Notes under the pieces: model-generated
Told to the model about the DNA's origin: nothing
Databases searched by the model: none
The model's input: the letters and a program-made list of their open reading frames with translations, nothing else
In this document: in pieces, positions 1 to 10,481 of the stretch
Position numbering within the stretch: the first letter of the stretch is position 1
Layout: the number at the start of each line of letters is the position of its first letter
DNA from: an uncultured Porphyromonadaceae bacterium
Lineage (GTDB): Bacteria; Bacteroidota; Bacteroidia; Bacteroidales; Muribaculaceae
Length of the DNA: 64,000 nucleotides
Assembly: GCA_902495245.1 (NCBI GenBank)
Contig: CABUWI010000006.1
Coordinates: 70,444 to 134,443, forward strand
Direction of reading: 5' to 3'
Program-made: the position numbers and the translations under genes

Positions 1-691
1 ACTCCACGACGTCAAGGTGCTCTTGCGCGCCCATGGCGAACCGCCGTCAACCTACGAGCTGGCCCGCCGCAACAACATCGAGATTATCGATGCCACATGC
101 CCCGTGGTGCTCAAGCTGCAGCAGCGCATAAAGGCCGCCTACGACTCGCCCGAGCGTCCGCAGATTGTCATCTACGGCAAACACGGCCATGCCGAGGTTC
201 TCGGGCTGATGGGCCAGACCGAAGGCGAAGCCAAGGTGGTTGAAAACGAGTCTGAACTCGACGCCGTCGACCCGTCGCGGCCGACGCTGCTCTATTCTCA
301 GACAACAAAGAGCCTCGACGGACTGCGCCGAATCGGCGAGAAACTGGCCGCCCGCATGCAGCCGGGGGTGTCGTTCCGCTCGTTCGACACGATTTGCCGC
401 TCGGTGGCCCACCGCGTTGAAAAACTCCGCGAGTTTGCGCGCCGCCACGACGCCGTCATCTTCGTGGCCGGCCGAAAGAGCTCAAACGGACGTTTTCTCT
501 ACGAAGAGTGTCGGGCCGAAAACCCGCACACTCACTTCATCTCGGCCGCCGGCGAACTTGACCTCGGCCTGATTGACGGCGCCGAAAGCGTCGGCATCTG
601 TGGCGCCACGTCCACCCCGCGCTGGCTCATGGAGCAGGTCAAAGAACGCCTTGAAAGCGCCGAGTCCTCCCCTTCAATTGAAAAACACTGA
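1..691 (+). CDS. ispH: 4-hydroxy-3-methylbut-2-enyl diphosphate reductase IspH/LytB, C-terminal ~225 aa (5' end lies outside the window)
   Basis: The frame is open from the window edge to the TGA at 689-691. The translation (IEIIDATCPVVLKLQ, LLYSQTTKS, VAGRKSSNG, GICGATSTPRWLMEQV) carries recognisable IspH motifs, including a cluster-ligand Cys context. Confidence 0.9.
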   Translation, partial: LHDVKVLLRAHGEPPSTYELARRNNIEIIDATCPVVLKLQQRIKAAYDSPERPQIVIYGKHGHAEVLGLMGQTEGEAKVVENESELDAVDPSRPTLLYSQTTKSLDGLRRIGEKLAARMQPGVSFRSFDTICRSVAHRVEKLREFARRHDAVIFVAGRKSSNGRFLYEECRAENPHTHFISAAGELDLGLIDGAESVGICGATSTPRWLMEQVKERLESAESSPSIEKH

Positions 692-718
692 AAATCACCC
701 TTTAGCGAAACAGATAAT

Positions 719-1024
719 ATGAGGCGATTTATAATATACCTGCTGACGGCGGTCGCCGTATGTGTTGCGGCCTGTTCAGACAAAGAAGAGACGCTGCCCG
801 CATCGGCCGTCGAGGCCGACAAGCGCGGACGCGAAGACGCAAAAGCGCTCTGCGCCGCCAACTACACGGCCGAGCGCGACCTCCACGCGGCCTTGCTGGC
901 CGTAAAGTCGCGCGAATGGAAACTGCGCCAGCAGGGCGACACCATAGCTGCCGGCGCCTACATAACCGGCTTCCGCAGTCAGCTCACAGAAACCGACCGC
1001 GCGCTGGCCGAAAAAATTTTCTGA
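719..1024 (+). CDS. small hypothetical lipoprotein
   Basis: 101-aa ORF. The N-terminus MRRFIIYLLTAVAVCVAAC is a signal peptide with a lipobox Cys. It is tightly packed between ispH and mutS2. I recognise no family. Confidence 0.55.
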   Translation: MRRFIIYLLTAVAVCVAACSDKEETLPASAVEADKRGREDAKALCAANYTAERDLHAALLAVKSREWKLRQQGDTIAAGAYITGFRSQLTETDRALAEKIF

Positions 1025-1027
1025 GAC

Positions 1028-3469
1028 ATGATATATCCCGAAAGTTTCGAGTCTAAAATCGGCTTCGGAGCCGTGCGGGCAGCCGTCGCGGCCAACTGTC
1101 TCACACCCGCGGGCAAAGACTTTGCGGCAGAGTCAATTGCATTTTCGGCCGATTTCGACGCCGTTTCGGCCGAACTCGAAGCTACGGCCGAGATGGCCGA
1201 CCTTGTCAACGCCGCAGCCGACGACCTGCCCCTTGGCCGCGTGGCCGACATCAGGCGAGAGCTTGAAGCCGTGCGCATCGAAGGCACCTTCCTGCCGGCC
1301 GACGAACTCTCGGCCGTGCGCAACACCCTCGAGGCCTTCGGCGCCATTGCCCGTTTCGTGGCCAAATCGACGGCCGACGGCGTCTACCCGCGCCTGTGTG
1401 CCGTCGCTTCGCCCATTGGCGACTTCCCCGACCTTGTCAGGCAGATTGACAAGATTGTTGACCGCTATGGCAACGTGCTCGACTCCGCCTCGCCCGAATT
1501 GGCCGACATTCGCCGTTCGCTCGCGCGCGCTCAGGGCTCGATTGCCTCGGCCGTGCGCCGCGTGCTCTCCGAGGCCGTAGCTGCCGGGCTGGTCGACGCA
1601 GACGCCGCCCCCGCCGTGCGCGACGGCCGCATGGTCATTCCTGTCAGCCCGATGCACAAGCGCAAAATCTCAGGCATCGTCCACGACGAATCGGCCTCGG
1701 GCAAGACCGTCTTTATCGAGCCGGCCGAGGTGGTGCAGATCAACAACCGCCTGCGCGAGCTGCAGATGGACGAGCGCCGCGAAATTGCCCGCATACTCAC
1801 CGGACTCACCTCCATGTTGCGCCCGCACATTCCCGAGATTCTCGACTCGTGCCGCATAGCCGCCCGTCTCGACTTTATCCACGCCAAGGCGCTCTATGCC
1901 CGCGAAATCGGCGCCTCGTTGCCTAAACTGTCGCGCTCGCCCGAGATGGAATGGTATCATGCCTGCCACCCCGGCCTGCTCGCATCGCTCCGCGCCCAGG
2001 GCAAGGAAATTGTGCCGCTCGACATTCATCTCTCGCCCGAACGTCGCCTGCTCATCGTCTCCGGTCCCAATGCCGGCGGCAAGTCGGTTACGCTCAAAAC
2101 CGTCGGCATCGTGCAATACATGATGCAGTGCGGATTGCTCCCCCCGCTCTACGAAAACAGCCACATGGGCTTCTTCGAAGACATCTTCATTGACATCGGC
2201 GATGACCAGAGCCTCGAGAACGACCTCTCGACCTACTCGTCTCATCTGACCCACATGAAGCACTTCATGTCTCACGGCATGCCCTCCACCCTTGTGCTCG
2301 TCGACGAGTTCGGCGGGGGCACCGAGCCTCTGATCGGCGGCGCCATAGCCCAGGCAATCCTGTCGCGTTTCGCCGTCATCGGTCTGTGGGGAGTCATCAC
2401 CACCCACTATCAGAACCTCAAGCAGCTGGCCGAAGAGACCCCGGGACTGGTCAACGGTTCGATGCTCTACGACCGTCAGCGCATGGAGCCGATGTTCCGC
2501 CTGGTTGTCGGCACGGCGGGCTCGTCGTTTGCCGTCGAGATTGCCCGCAAAATCGGGCTGCCCGACGACATCATCGCTCAGGCAAAGGAGATTGTCGGCA
2601 CCGACTACGTGAACATGGACAAATATCTGCTCGACATTGCCCGCGACCGCCGCTACTGGGAAAACAAGCGCCTTGCAATCCGTCAGAAAGAGAAAAAACT
2701 CGAAAATACGCTCAACGAATATCAGGCTCAGGCCGACGACCTGCGCGCACGCCGGCGCGAAATTCTTGCCGACGCCAAAGAAGAGGCGCGCAAAATAGTC
2801 GAAGGCTCAAACGCCGCCATTGAACGCACAATCCACGAAATACGCAAAGTGCAGGCCGACAAGGAGCATACGCGCAAACTGCGCCTCGACCTGCGCGCCG
2901 AACAGGCCCGCGCCCAAAGCGCCGAAACCGATCACCCCCTGCTGCGCAAGGCGCCGAAATCGAAAAAACAACAGCCGGCTGCCGAACGCCAACGCGCCGA
3001 CAAGCGCCCGATTGAAGTTGGCGATTATGTCAAGCTCGACGGACAGGAAACGCCCGGTCAGGTGCTTGAAATCAAAGGCAACAACGCTACCGTCAGCTTC
3101 GGAATGCTCAAGACCACGGTCAAACTTGACCGCCTGCGCCACACGCTTCAAAAACCCGCCACCGGCTCAAAGCCGACGGCGGTCGCCGTCATAACCGGCG
3201 AGCAGCACCGCGCGGCCCGTCTCGACTTCAAGCAGGAAATCGACGTGCGCGGCATGCGCGCCGACGAGGCGCTGCAGGCGGTTACCTACTTCATTGACGA
3301 CGCCATTCGATTCAGCTGCAGCCGTGTGCGCATTCTTCACGGCACGGGCACCGGCGCCCTCCGCCAGGCCATTCGCCAATACCTCTCGACCCAGCCCGGC
3401 GTAGCCCGCTATGCCGACGAAGACGTCCGCCTCGGCGGCGCGGGCATCACCGTTGTCGACCTCGCCTGA
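1028..3469 (+). CDS. mutS2: endonuclease MutS2 (MutS-family ATPase with C-terminal Smr domain)
   Basis: 813 aa. It has a Walker A motif (GPNAGGKS), a MutS ATPase core (LVLVDEFGGGTEP), a Lys/Arg/Glu-rich coiled-coil linker, and a C-terminal Smr motif (IDVRGMRADEAL ... RILHGTGTGALR). Confidence 0.92.
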   Translation: MIYPESFESKIGFGAVRAAVAANCLTPAGKDFAAESIAFSADFDAVSAELEATAEMADLVNAAADDLPLGRVADIRRELEAVRIEGTFLPADELSAVRNTLEAFGAIARFVAKSTADGVYPRLCAVASPIGDFPDLVRQIDKIVDRYGNVLDSASPELADIRRSLARAQGSIASAVRRVLSEAVAAGLVDADAAPAVRDGRMVIPVSPMHKRKISGIVHDESASGKTVFIEPAEVVQINNRLRELQMDERREIARILTGLTSMLRPHIPEILDSCRIAARLDFIHAKALYAREIGASLPKLSRSPEMEWYHACHPGLLASLRAQGKEIVPLDIHLSPERRLLIVSGPNAGGKSVTLKTVGIVQYMMQCGLLPPLYENSHMGFFEDIFIDIGDDQSLENDLSTYSSHLTHMKHFMSHGMPSTLVLVDEFGGGTEPLIGGAIAQAILSRFAVIGLWGVITTHYQNLKQLAEETPGLVNGSMLYDRQRMEPMFRLVVGTAGSSFAVEIARKIGLPDDIIAQAKEIVGTDYVNMDKYLLDIARDRRYWENKRLAIRQKEKKLENTLNEYQAQADDLRARRREILADAKEEARKIVEGSNAAIERTIHEIRKVQADKEHTRKLRLDLRAEQARAQSAETDHPLLRKAPKSKKQQPAAERQRADKRPIEVGDYVKLDGQETPGQVLEIKGNNATVSFGMLKTTVKLDRLRHTLQKPATGSKPTAVAVITGEQHRAARLDFKQEIDVRGMRADEALQAVTYFIDDAIRFSCSRVRILHGTGTGALRQAIRQYLSTQPGVARYADEDVRLGGAGITVVDLA

Positions 3470-3505
3470 CAGCCCCCGGCACTGACACATCTAAAGACAT
3501 CAGAC

Positions 3506-4123
3506 ATGAACAAGATTAAAATTGCGGTTTTTGTAAGCGGAAGCGGCACCAACTGCGAAAATATCATCAGATATTTCCAAAACAGCCCGACTGTAGATGT
3601 GGCCATGGTTGTCAGCAGCAATCCGCAGGCCGGAGCTATCGATAAGGCACGCCGGCTCAACGTGCCGACGGCAATAATCACACGCGCGCAATTACTCGAC
3701 AACCCGCAGGCGGCCATAGAAACAGTCGGCGACTGCGACCTTATTGTTCTGGCCGGATTTTTGCCCCGCGTGCCCGATTGCCTGATTGAAAAGTTTCCGC
3801 ATCGCATTGTCAACATTCACCCCTCTCTGCTTCCGAAGTTCGGAGGCAAGGGCATGTGGGGGCGCCACGTCCACGAAGCGGTCAAGGCGGCCGGCGAGAC
3901 GCGCACCGGCATAACCGTTCATTATGTCAGCCCCGAGCTTGACGGCGGCGAACTCATCGCACAATACTCGGCGGCCATATCGCCCGACGTTGACACGGTT
4001 GACGATATAGCCGCAAAGGTTCATGAACTCGAAATGAAATATTTTCCCGCCGTCATCGAGAAAGTCGCGGAGCAAGTCGCGCTCGAACGCGGAAAAATAT
4101 TGCGCGAACAGGCCGGTTTATGA
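3506..4123 (+). CDS. purN: phosphoribosylglycinamide formyltransferase
   Basis: 205 aa. Motifs are [12 protein letters not shown] at the N-terminus, DLIVLAGFL, and [14 protein letters not shown] ... [19 protein letters not shown], the formyltransferase catalytic N/H/D context. Confidence 0.9.
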   Translation: MNKIKIAVFVSGSGTNCENIIRYFQNSPTVDVAMVVSSNPQAGAIDKARRLNVPTAIITRAQLLDNPQAAIETVGDCDLIVLAGFLPRVPDCLIEKFPHRIVNIHPSLLPKFGGKGMWGRHVHEAVKAAGETRTGITVHYVSPELDGGELIAQYSAAISPDVDTVDDIAAKVHELEMKYFPAVIEKVAEQVALERGKILREQAGL

Positions 4124-4279
4124 CTCGACCTCGAACAGATCTTTGCCTACGCCGCATTCGGGGCAGGTCCAGTCATCAGGCAGGTCGGCAAAGGGAGTGC
4201 CGGGGTTGATGCCGTGGTCAGGGTCTCCGACGGCGGGGTCATAAACCCAGCCGCAAACTGTGCAAACGTATTTCTCCAT
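4118..4279 (-). CDS. rubredoxin (53 aa; below the ORF-track length cutoff)
   Basis: My hand translation of the minus strand gives [53 protein letters not shown] followed by a stop. It has both CxxCG knuckles (CTVCG, CPECG) and the WxYDP and PDDW motifs. ATG is at 4279-4277 and the stop at 4120-4118. It overlaps the purN 3' end by 6 nt, convergently. Confidence 0.88.
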   Translation of the reverse strand: MEKYVCTVCGWVYDPAVGDPDHGINPGTPFADLPDDWTCPECGVGKDLFEVES

Positions 4280-4351
4280 AGCTTTATCTTTCGTGAATTT
4301 TGATTAAGTAATCTTTATCCGATTTGATAACGCAACGGCCGCGGCATTGGT

Positions 4352-4855
4352 TCACTCCAGAAGCATATGATACAGCGCGTCGGCATGATATGCGCCGAAC
4401 TTGAAGCCCGCTTCGGGCAACACTCCGGCCAGTTTGAAGCCTTGGCGCTCAAACATTCGCTCGCTCGGGGCGTTGCCTGCGGTTACGCATGCAATCAGCG
4501 CATGCGCCCCGTTTCGGCGACAGGCCTCGATTGTCGCTCCGAGCGACATGCGCCCGATGCCCCGGCCGCAAGCGTCAGGCGCCAGATAGATGGTCAGTTC
4601 GTGCGTGCGACCGTAAACAGGGTCGGACTGATATGCGTGGGCATACGCGTATCCGGCAACGGCTCCGGTTTCCGCTTCGGCAACAAAAAACGGATAATGC
4701 GACCCGACGTCAAGACGACGGAGCTTTTCGGCCATATCGGCGGCCGAAAGCTCCGTGTCTGAAAATATCACTGTCGACGTGCGCACGTAGTGGTTGAAGA
4801 TGTCAGCCATGGCTGCGGCGTCGTCTTCAATCCTGCCCGGGCGAATCTTCACCAT
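4352..4855 (-). CDS. GNAT family N-acetyltransferase (phosphinothricin-acetyltransferase-like)
   Basis: 167 aa. The N-terminal IRPGRIEDDAAAMADIFNHYVRTSTVIFS pattern and an acetyl-CoA-binding motif of the RGxGxG type (CGRGIGRMSL) are typical of PAT-like GNATs. Confidence 0.85.
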   Translation of the reverse strand: MVKIRPGRIEDDAAAMADIFNHYVRTSTVIFSDTELSAADMAEKLRRLDVGSHYPFFVAEAETGAVAGYAYAHAYQSDPVYGRTHELTIYLAPDACGRGIGRMSLGATIEACRRNGAHALIACVTAGNAPSERMFERQGFKLAGVLPEAGFKFGAYHADALYHMLLE

Positions 4856-4861
4856 GATGTG

Positions 4862-7504
4862 TCAGCCCAGCGAGGCAAGCGATGACTCGAGCGCCGCGAT
4901 GCGGCTCTTGGCGTCGGCCTGTTTGCGGCGTTCGGCGTCGACCACTGCGGCCGGCGCGCCGCTCACAAAGCGTTCGTTGCTCAGTTTCTTCTCGACCGAT
5001 GCCAGGAAGCCGCGCTCGTAGTCAAGCTCTTTGAGCAGTTTGGCGCGCTCGGCCTCAAGGTCTACGCCGGCTGCCGTCATCGGAATGGCGAACTCGCGGT
5101 TGCCGACCATGAACACCGCTGCACCGCCGCTCTTGGCGTCGACAACCTCGACGGCCTCCAGATTGGCCAGTTTGCTAACAACGGCAGCCTCGGCCTCATC
5201 GGGTTTGGCGCCGACCTGCAGCGTCAGAGGGGTCTTGGGCGATATCTGCTTCGACGCACGCACGCCGCGCACGCCGTTAACAATCTCCTTGGCGTTCTCC
5301 ATTGTCTGCAACAGCGTCTCGTCGGCGGCGCCGGCCTCGGGCAGCGATGCGTACATGATGCTCTCGCCCTCGGCACGCTCGGCCAGATGCTGCCACAGTT
5401 CTTCGGTAATGAACGGCATGAAAGGGTGAAGCAGGCGCAGCAGGCGGTCAAAATAGTCAAGCGTGGCGCGATATGTGCGGCCGTCAACCGGAGTGCCGTA
5501 AGCGGGCTTGACCAGTTCGAGATACCACGACGAGAACTCGTCCCAGAAGAGTTTGTAAATGGCCATCAGGGCTTCCGAAATGCGGAACTTACCCAGAAGG
5601 TCGGCCACCTCGGCAGCCGTCTGACGCACCTTCGAGTCGAACCACTCGACGGCAACGCGCGCGGCGTCTGACTGCGCGGCATTTTCGTCTACCTCCCAGC
5701 CCTTCACAAGACGGAAGGCATTCCATATCTTATTGCAGAAATTACGGCCCTGTTCGCAGAGTTTCTCGTCAAACATGATGTCGTTGCCGGCCGGGGCGGC
5801 GAGCATCATGCCCATGCGCACGCCGTCGGCGCCATAGGTGGCGATGAGCTCCAGCGGGTCGGGCGAATTGCCGAGACTCTTCGACATCTTGCGGCCGATT
5901 TTATCGCGCACGATGCCGGTGAAATATACGTTCTTGAAAGGCATCTCGCCGACATATTCATAGCCGGCCATAATCATGCGCGCAACCCAGAAGAATATAA
6001 TGTCCGGACCGGTAACAAGTGTCGAGGTCGGATAGTAATAATTCATCTCCTTGTTGCCCGGGTCGAGAATGCCGTTGAACAGCGTGATGGGCCAGAGCCA
6101 CGACGAGAACCACGTGTCGAGCGCGTCTTCGTCCTGGGTCAGGTCTGAGGCCTCGAGCGGGCGGCCGGCAACCTTGCGCGCTTTCTCCAGCGCTTCGGCG
6201 GCCGTAGGAGCGACGACAATCTGCGTCTCGCCGGCGGCGTCGGTGAAATAGTAGGCCGGTATGCGGTGGCCCCACCAGAGCTGACGCGAGATGCACCAGT
6301 CCTGAATGTTTTCGAGCCAGAGGCGATAGGTCGTCTTGTATTTTTCGGGCACGAAGCGGATAAGGTCGTCCATGACGGGCTGCAACGAAATTTCGGCAAA
6401 GTGCTTCATGTTGATGAACCACTGCTGCGACAGCCTCGGCTCGATGACGACCTTGGTGCGCTCGCTGTAGCCCACCTTGTTGTTATAGTCTTCGACTTTT
6501 TCCAGCAGATTGGCTTCGGCCAGGTCGGCAGCAATCTGCTTGCGGCAGTCAAAGCGGTCCATGCCGGCATACTTGCCGCCGTTTTCGTTCAGAGTGGCGT
6601 CTTCGTTGAAAATGTCGATGGTTTCGAGGTTGTGCGTCTTGCCGAGCATGTAGTCGTTCTTGTCGTGGGCGGGCGTAACCTTCAGACAGCCCGTGCCGAA
6701 GTCGATTTCCACATAACGGTCTTCGATGACCGGAATCTCGCGACCGACCAGCGGCACGATTACGCGCTTGCCCTTGAGCCACTCGTTTTTCGGGTCCTTG
6801 GGGTTGATGCACATCGCCGTGTCGCCCATGATGGTCTCGGGGCGCGTGGTGGCCACTACTGCATAGCGGCCTTCGGGGTCGCCGGCAACGTAATAGCGCA
6901 GGTAATAGAGCTTCGAATGCTCGTCAACATAGTTCACCTCGTCGTCCGAAATGGCGGTGCGGTTCTTGGGGTCCCAGTTGACCATGCGCAGGCCGCGGTA
7001 AATCAAGCCTTTGTCATAGAGGTCGCAAAACACCTTAGTAACCGACTCCGAACGCTGCTCGTCCATGGTGAAAGCCGTACGGCTCCAGTCGCAGCTGGCG
7101 CCGAGCTTGCGCAGCTGCTGCAAGATGATGCCGCCGTGAGTGCGCGTCCAGTCCCATGCATGCTCCAGAAACTGCTCGCGCGTCAGGTCGGTCTTCTTTA
7201 TGCCCTCGGCAGCCAGCTTGGCAATAACCTTGGTCTCCGTAGCGATGGAGGCGTGGTCGGTGCCGGGCACCCACAGTGCGTTCTTGCCCTCCATGCGTGC
7301 GCGGCGCACCAGAATGTCCTGAATCGTATTGTTGAGCATGTGGCCCATGTGGAGCACGCCGGTAACGTTTGGCGGCGGAATCACTATGGTGTACGGCTCA
7401 CGTGCGTCAGGCACGGAGCGGAACAGGTCATGCTCGACCCAGAAACTATACAGTCGGTCTTCAACCTCTGCGGGCGAATATTTGGTTGGCAGTTCGTTAG
7501 TCAT
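4862..7504 (-). CDS. valS: valine--tRNA ligase
   Basis: 880 aa. It has the class I HIGH motif ([14 protein letters not shown]), the KMSKS motif ([12 protein letters not shown]), and a C-terminal coiled coil. Confidence 0.96.
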   Translation of the reverse strand: MTNELPTKYSPAEVEDRLYSFWVEHDLFRSVPDAREPYTIVIPPPNVTGVLHMGHMLNNTIQDILVRRARMEGKNALWVPGTDHASIATETKVIAKLAAEGIKKTDLTREQFLEHAWDWTRTHGGIILQQLRKLGASCDWSRTAFTMDEQRSESVTKVFCDLYDKGLIYRGLRMVNWDPKNRTAISDDEVNYVDEHSKLYYLRYYVAGDPEGRYAVVATTRPETIMGDTAMCINPKDPKNEWLKGKRVIVPLVGREIPVIEDRYVEIDFGTGCLKVTPAHDKNDYMLGKTHNLETIDIFNEDATLNENGGKYAGMDRFDCRKQIAADLAEANLLEKVEDYNNKVGYSERTKVVIEPRLSQQWFINMKHFAEISLQPVMDDLIRFVPEKYKTTYRLWLENIQDWCISRQLWWGHRIPAYYFTDAAGETQIVVAPTAAEALEKARKVAGRPLEASDLTQDEDALDTWFSSWLWPITLFNGILDPGNKEMNYYYPTSTLVTGPDIIFFWVARMIMAGYEYVGEMPFKNVYFTGIVRDKIGRKMSKSLGNSPDPLELIATYGADGVRMGMMLAAPAGNDIMFDEKLCEQGRNFCNKIWNAFRLVKGWEVDENAAQSDAARVAVEWFDSKVRQTAAEVADLLGKFRISEALMAIYKLFWDEFSSWYLELVKPAYGTPVDGRTYRATLDYFDRLLRLLHPFMPFITEELWQHLAERAEGESIMYASLPEAGAADETLLQTMENAKEIVNGVRGVRASKQISPKTPLTLQVGAKPDEAEAAVVSKLANLEAVEVVDAKSGGAAVFMVGNREFAIPMTAAGVDLEAERAKLLKELDYERGFLASVEKKLSNERFVSGAPAAVVDAERRKQADAKSRIAALESSLASLG

Positions 7505-7541
7505 TGTTGTGTTATGATGATAATGCTTGGTTTCTAAAGTG

Positions 7542-7549
7542 CAAATTTA
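7542..7549 (-). promoter_or_regulatory. -7 box TAAATTTG (Bacteroidota TAnnTTTG promoter consensus) upstream of valS
   Basis: The reverse complement of caaattta at 7542-7549 is TAAATTTG. It lies 38 nt upstream of the valS ATG and has an A/T-rich flank. Confidence 0.5.
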
Positions 7550-7566
7550 CGCAATTTTTTGCAAAG

Positions 7567-9573
7567 TCAGGCTTTTTCGGAGTTCTCTGAGTTCTCTGAG
7601 CTCTCCGAGTTCTCCGAGCCCTTGAACGGCGGCGGTGTGGCCGACTCGCGCGCGCTCAGAATCTCGTCGGTACGCGACGCCCATTGGCGCTTGCCGAAAA
7701 TCTTTTCAACATCTTCGGTGAAAATCACCTCGCGGCTCACCAGCACGTCGGCCAGCTGGCCGTGGCCCTCGGTGTGGTGGCGCAGCAGCTCCTTGGCGCG
7801 CTCATATTGCTCGGTGATGATGCGCGACACCTCGCGGTCAATCTTCTCGGCGCGCTCCTCGCTATAGGGCTTCGTGAAGCCGTAGCTCTGGCCCGTCGAG
7901 TCGTAATAGCTCACGTTGGGCAGGTCGGCGCTCATGCCGTAGTAGACCACCATGGCATATGCCTGCTTCGTTACGCGCTCAAGGTCATTCGCCGCGCCGG
8001 TCGATATGTGGCCCAGAAACAGCTCCTCGGCTGCGCGGCCGCCAAGCGTCGCGCAGATTTCGTCGAGCAGGGCCTGCTGGGGCACAATCTGACGCTCTTC
8101 GGGCAGATACCACGCCGCGCCGAGCGCCTTGCCGCGCGGCACGATGGTTACCTTGATGAGCGGATTGGCATACTGCAGGTGCCACGAAACAGTGGCGTGG
8201 CCGGCCTCATGCACGGCTATGGCGCGCTTTTCTTCGTCAGTCAGAATCTTCGAGCGCTTCTCCAGACCGCCGATAATACGGTCAACGGCATCGATGAAGT
8301 CCTGACGCTCGATGACCTTCTTGTTGTGGCGCGCGGCAATCAGCGCCGCCTCGTTGCACACGTTGGCTATGTCGGCGCCCGAGAATCCCGGAGTCTGACG
8401 CGCCAGCAGGTCCACGTCGAGACCCGGCTCTACCTTCTTGTTGCGCAGATGCACGTTGAAAATGGCCACACGGTCGTTCAAATCGGGCAGGTCGACATAA
8501 ATCTGCCGGTCAAAGCGGCCCGCACGCAGCAGCGCCTTGTCGAGAATGTCGGCGCGGTTCGTCGCGGCCAGGATAATCACGCCGCTGTTCGAGCCGAAGC
8601 CGTCCATCTCGGTCAGCAGCTGGTTCAGCGTGTTCTCGCGCTCGTCGTTCGAGCCCATGTTGGCGTTCTTGCCGCGGGCGCGGCCAACGGCGTCAATCTC
8701 GTCGATGAACACGATGCAGGGGCTCTTCTCCTTGGCCTGACGGAAAAGGTCGCGCACACGGCTGGCGCCCACGCCCACGAACATCTCGACGAAGTCAGAG
8801 CCGCTCATCGAAAAGAACGGCACGTTGGCCTCGCCGGCCACGGCCTTGGCCAGCATCGTCTTGCCCGTTCCGGGAGGGCCCACGAGCAGCGCGCCCTTCG
8901 GAATCTTGCCGCCCAGATCGGTGTAGCGGCCGGGATTCTTCAGAAACTCTACAATCTCTTCTATCTCTGTCTTGGCCTCGTTGAGGCCGGCAACGTCCTT
9001 GAACGTTACCTTCTGGTCATTGTCCTTATCGAAGATGCGGGCCTTGCTTTTGCCGACGGAGAAGACACCGCCTTCGCCGCCGCGCCCCATGCGCCGCATG
9101 AAGTAAATCCACACGAAAATCAGCAGCAGCATCGGGCCGAATGTCCAGAGCAGATGGCTATAGTCAGACGCGTCCTCATAGCTCACCGTGCCCTTGAACT
9201 TGCCCTGTTCTTTCCATTTGTCAATGTCTTTTTCAAATGTCTGCGTGTCGCCGAACTTCACAAGCACTTTGCCCTGAGCGCCCTGCGCGTTCTGGCGCTC
9301 GGCGGCCGTAAACTCGGTCTCCGTCGCGGCCTTCGACAGCGTGGCCTCCGCCTCGTGCTTGTTGCGGAAAATAGTAATCTTCTCCACGCCGCCGCTCTCG
9401 ACGAGTTTCACAAACTCGTCCATCGTGTCGACATTGTGGCTCAGTCCCTTCTGGTCGAAATAGAAAATGCCGAGCAGGCACCCGAAAATCAGCAGATACA
9501 TCCACCAGATGCTCATCTTGGGCATCTTCGGCATGCCCGGCAATCCGTTCTTAACAGGTTTCTTGTCAGCCAT
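7567..9573 (-). CDS. ftsH: ATP-dependent zinc metalloprotease FtsH
   Basis: 668 aa. It has two N-terminal TM segments, AAA+ Walker A (GPPGTGKT) and Walker B (IVFIDEIDA), SRH, and the zinc motif HEAGHA. The C-terminal tail [17 protein letters not shown] is encoded by a 9-nt tandem repeat. Confidence 0.96.
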   Translation of the reverse strand: MADKKPVKNGLPGMPKMPKMSIWWMYLLIFGCLLGIFYFDQKGLSHNVDTMDEFVKLVESGGVEKITIFRNKHEAEATLSKAATETEFTAAERQNAQGAQGKVLVKFGDTQTFEKDIDKWKEQGKFKGTVSYEDASDYSHLLWTFGPMLLLIFVWIYFMRRMGRGGEGGVFSVGKSKARIFDKDNDQKVTFKDVAGLNEAKTEIEEIVEFLKNPGRYTDLGGKIPKGALLVGPPGTGKTMLAKAVAGEANVPFFSMSGSDFVEMFVGVGASRVRDLFRQAKEKSPCIVFIDEIDAVGRARGKNANMGSNDERENTLNQLLTEMDGFGSNSGVIILAATNRADILDKALLRAGRFDRQIYVDLPDLNDRVAIFNVHLRNKKVEPGLDVDLLARQTPGFSGADIANVCNEAALIAARHNKKVIERQDFIDAVDRIIGGLEKRSKILTDEEKRAIAVHEAGHATVSWHLQYANPLIKVTIVPRGKALGAAWYLPEERQIVPQQALLDEICATLGGRAAEELFLGHISTGAANDLERVTKQAYAMVVYYGMSADLPNVSYYDSTGQSYGFTKPYSEERAEKIDREVSRIITEQYERAKELLRHHTEGHGQLADVLVSREVIFTEDVEKIFGKRQWASRTDEILSARESATPPPFKGSENSESSENSENSEKA
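7580..7615. repeat. 4 x 9-nt tandem repeat (gagttctct-like) forming the 3' end of ftsH
   Basis: The units are gagttctct, gagttctct, gagctctcc and gagttctcc. The tract is in frame and encodes the (S/E/N)-rich FtsH tail. Confidence 0.85.
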
Positions 9574-9607
9574 AAATCAGTCCGTTCTAATAGGTTTTTA
9601 CATTCTT

Positions 9608-9973
9608 TCAGTCAAGGTCGGGAATCTCGGTCAGCTTGCCGTCGCTCCACAGTTCCTCGAGGTTATAGCGCACTCGCTCGTCGGGCAAGAAAATGTGGAC
9701 AAGCGCCTCGCCATAGTCGAGCACAATCCACTGCGAATTGCCGTAGCCGTCATAGTTATAAGGCTTGATGCGGCCGTGTTCAAGCAGATAATCGCGCACC
9801 GAATCGGCAATCGACGCCACATGGGTGGCCGAGGTGCCTTCGCACACAAAAAAGTCCGAGGCCGGACTCGACTCTATTTCCGAAAGGTCTATGTGAGTGA
9901 TTTTGCGACCTTTACGCTCCTGAATGCCGGCCACAATCAGCTCGGCTATCGATGATTTTTTCTCTTGTTTCAA
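9608..9973 (-). CDS. rsfS: ribosome silencing factor RsfS
   Basis: 121 aa. The ALVHIFLPDERVRYNLEELW motif and the protein size are typical of RsfS/YbeB. It sits immediately upstream of ftsH with a 34-nt gap. Confidence 0.9.
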   Translation of the reverse strand: MKQEKKSSIAELIVAGIQERKGRKITHIDLSEIESSPASDFFVCEGTSATHVASIADSVRDYLLEHGRIKPYNYDGYGNSQWIVLDYGEALVHIFLPDERVRYNLEELWSDGKLTEIPDLD

Positions 9974-10002
9974 AGTTCCTTATAAATAGTTGATATTTGG
10001 TG

Positions 10003-10010
10003 CAAAAATA
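10003..10010 (-). promoter_or_regulatory. -7 box TATTTTTG upstream of rsfS-ftsH
   Basis: The reverse complement of caaaaata is TATTTTTG. It lies 30 nt upstream of the rsfS ATG. Confidence 0.45.
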
Positions 10011-10116
10011 CGAAATTTTTCCGACTCTCACAACTACAACGTCCCCACCCTCCCCCGGGTTTAACCCAAACCACAACTATTCAGCCCTATTCATTCCAAT
10101 TCAAACTCACTCCCCC

Positions 10117-10443
10117 GTAGGGACGTGCCTTTGGCATATTGCTGATTGTCAAAGCGTTATGAAACATGCCAAAGGCATGTCCTAATGCTATTAACTTAAG
10201 AGTGTGGTGCAAAATACCGGTTTCGTAAATTCTGTAGGGACGCACGGCCCGTGCGTCCGCGATAACGGCCAATAGTGCAGTATTTTATGCACTCCGCAAA
10301 GCGGACGCACGAGCCGTGCGTCCCTACCCTTTGGCATAATGCAATCGGTGAGGATTCCACCGATAATTTCTTTAAGTTAATAGCATTGAGGCATGTTTCA
10401 TAACGCTTTGACAATAAGCAACGTGCCAAAGGAACGTCCCTAC
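10117..10443. repeat. 327-bp imperfect nested palindrome (REP/MITE-like element) between mfd and rsfS
   Basis: The outer arms 10117-10200 and 10372-10443 are reverse complements; the left arm carries ~10 extra nt. Inner hairpins GGACGCAC-ggccc-GTGCGTCC (10238-10258) and GGACGCAC-gagcc-GTGCGTCC (10303-10323) are mirror copies. The central hairpin is agtgca...tgcact (10274-10293). The left arm also folds on itself (10121-10137 against 10166-10182, 16 of 17 bp). Confidence 0.85.
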
Positions 10444-10481
10444 GAATTGTCCGTATGCCGCATTTTGCAACAGCCTCTTTC

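Noticed and set aside
7684-9768. Very long ORFs antisense to real genes. Examples: 694 aa opposite ftsH; 595 aa at 10455-12242 opposite mfd; 510 aa at 28605-30137 opposite GH84; 423 aa at 6266-7537 opposite valS; 618 aa at 59329-61185 opposite the repeat protein; 387-388 aa opposite the 41.1-42.4 kb lipoprotein gene and the GHL10 gene.
   Set aside because: In a ~60% GC genome the antisense frames of real genes are stop-poor. These translations are Ala/Gly/Arg/Val/His-rich with no recognisable motifs, while the opposite strand encodes unmistakable conserved proteins. I treat them as non-coding shadows.
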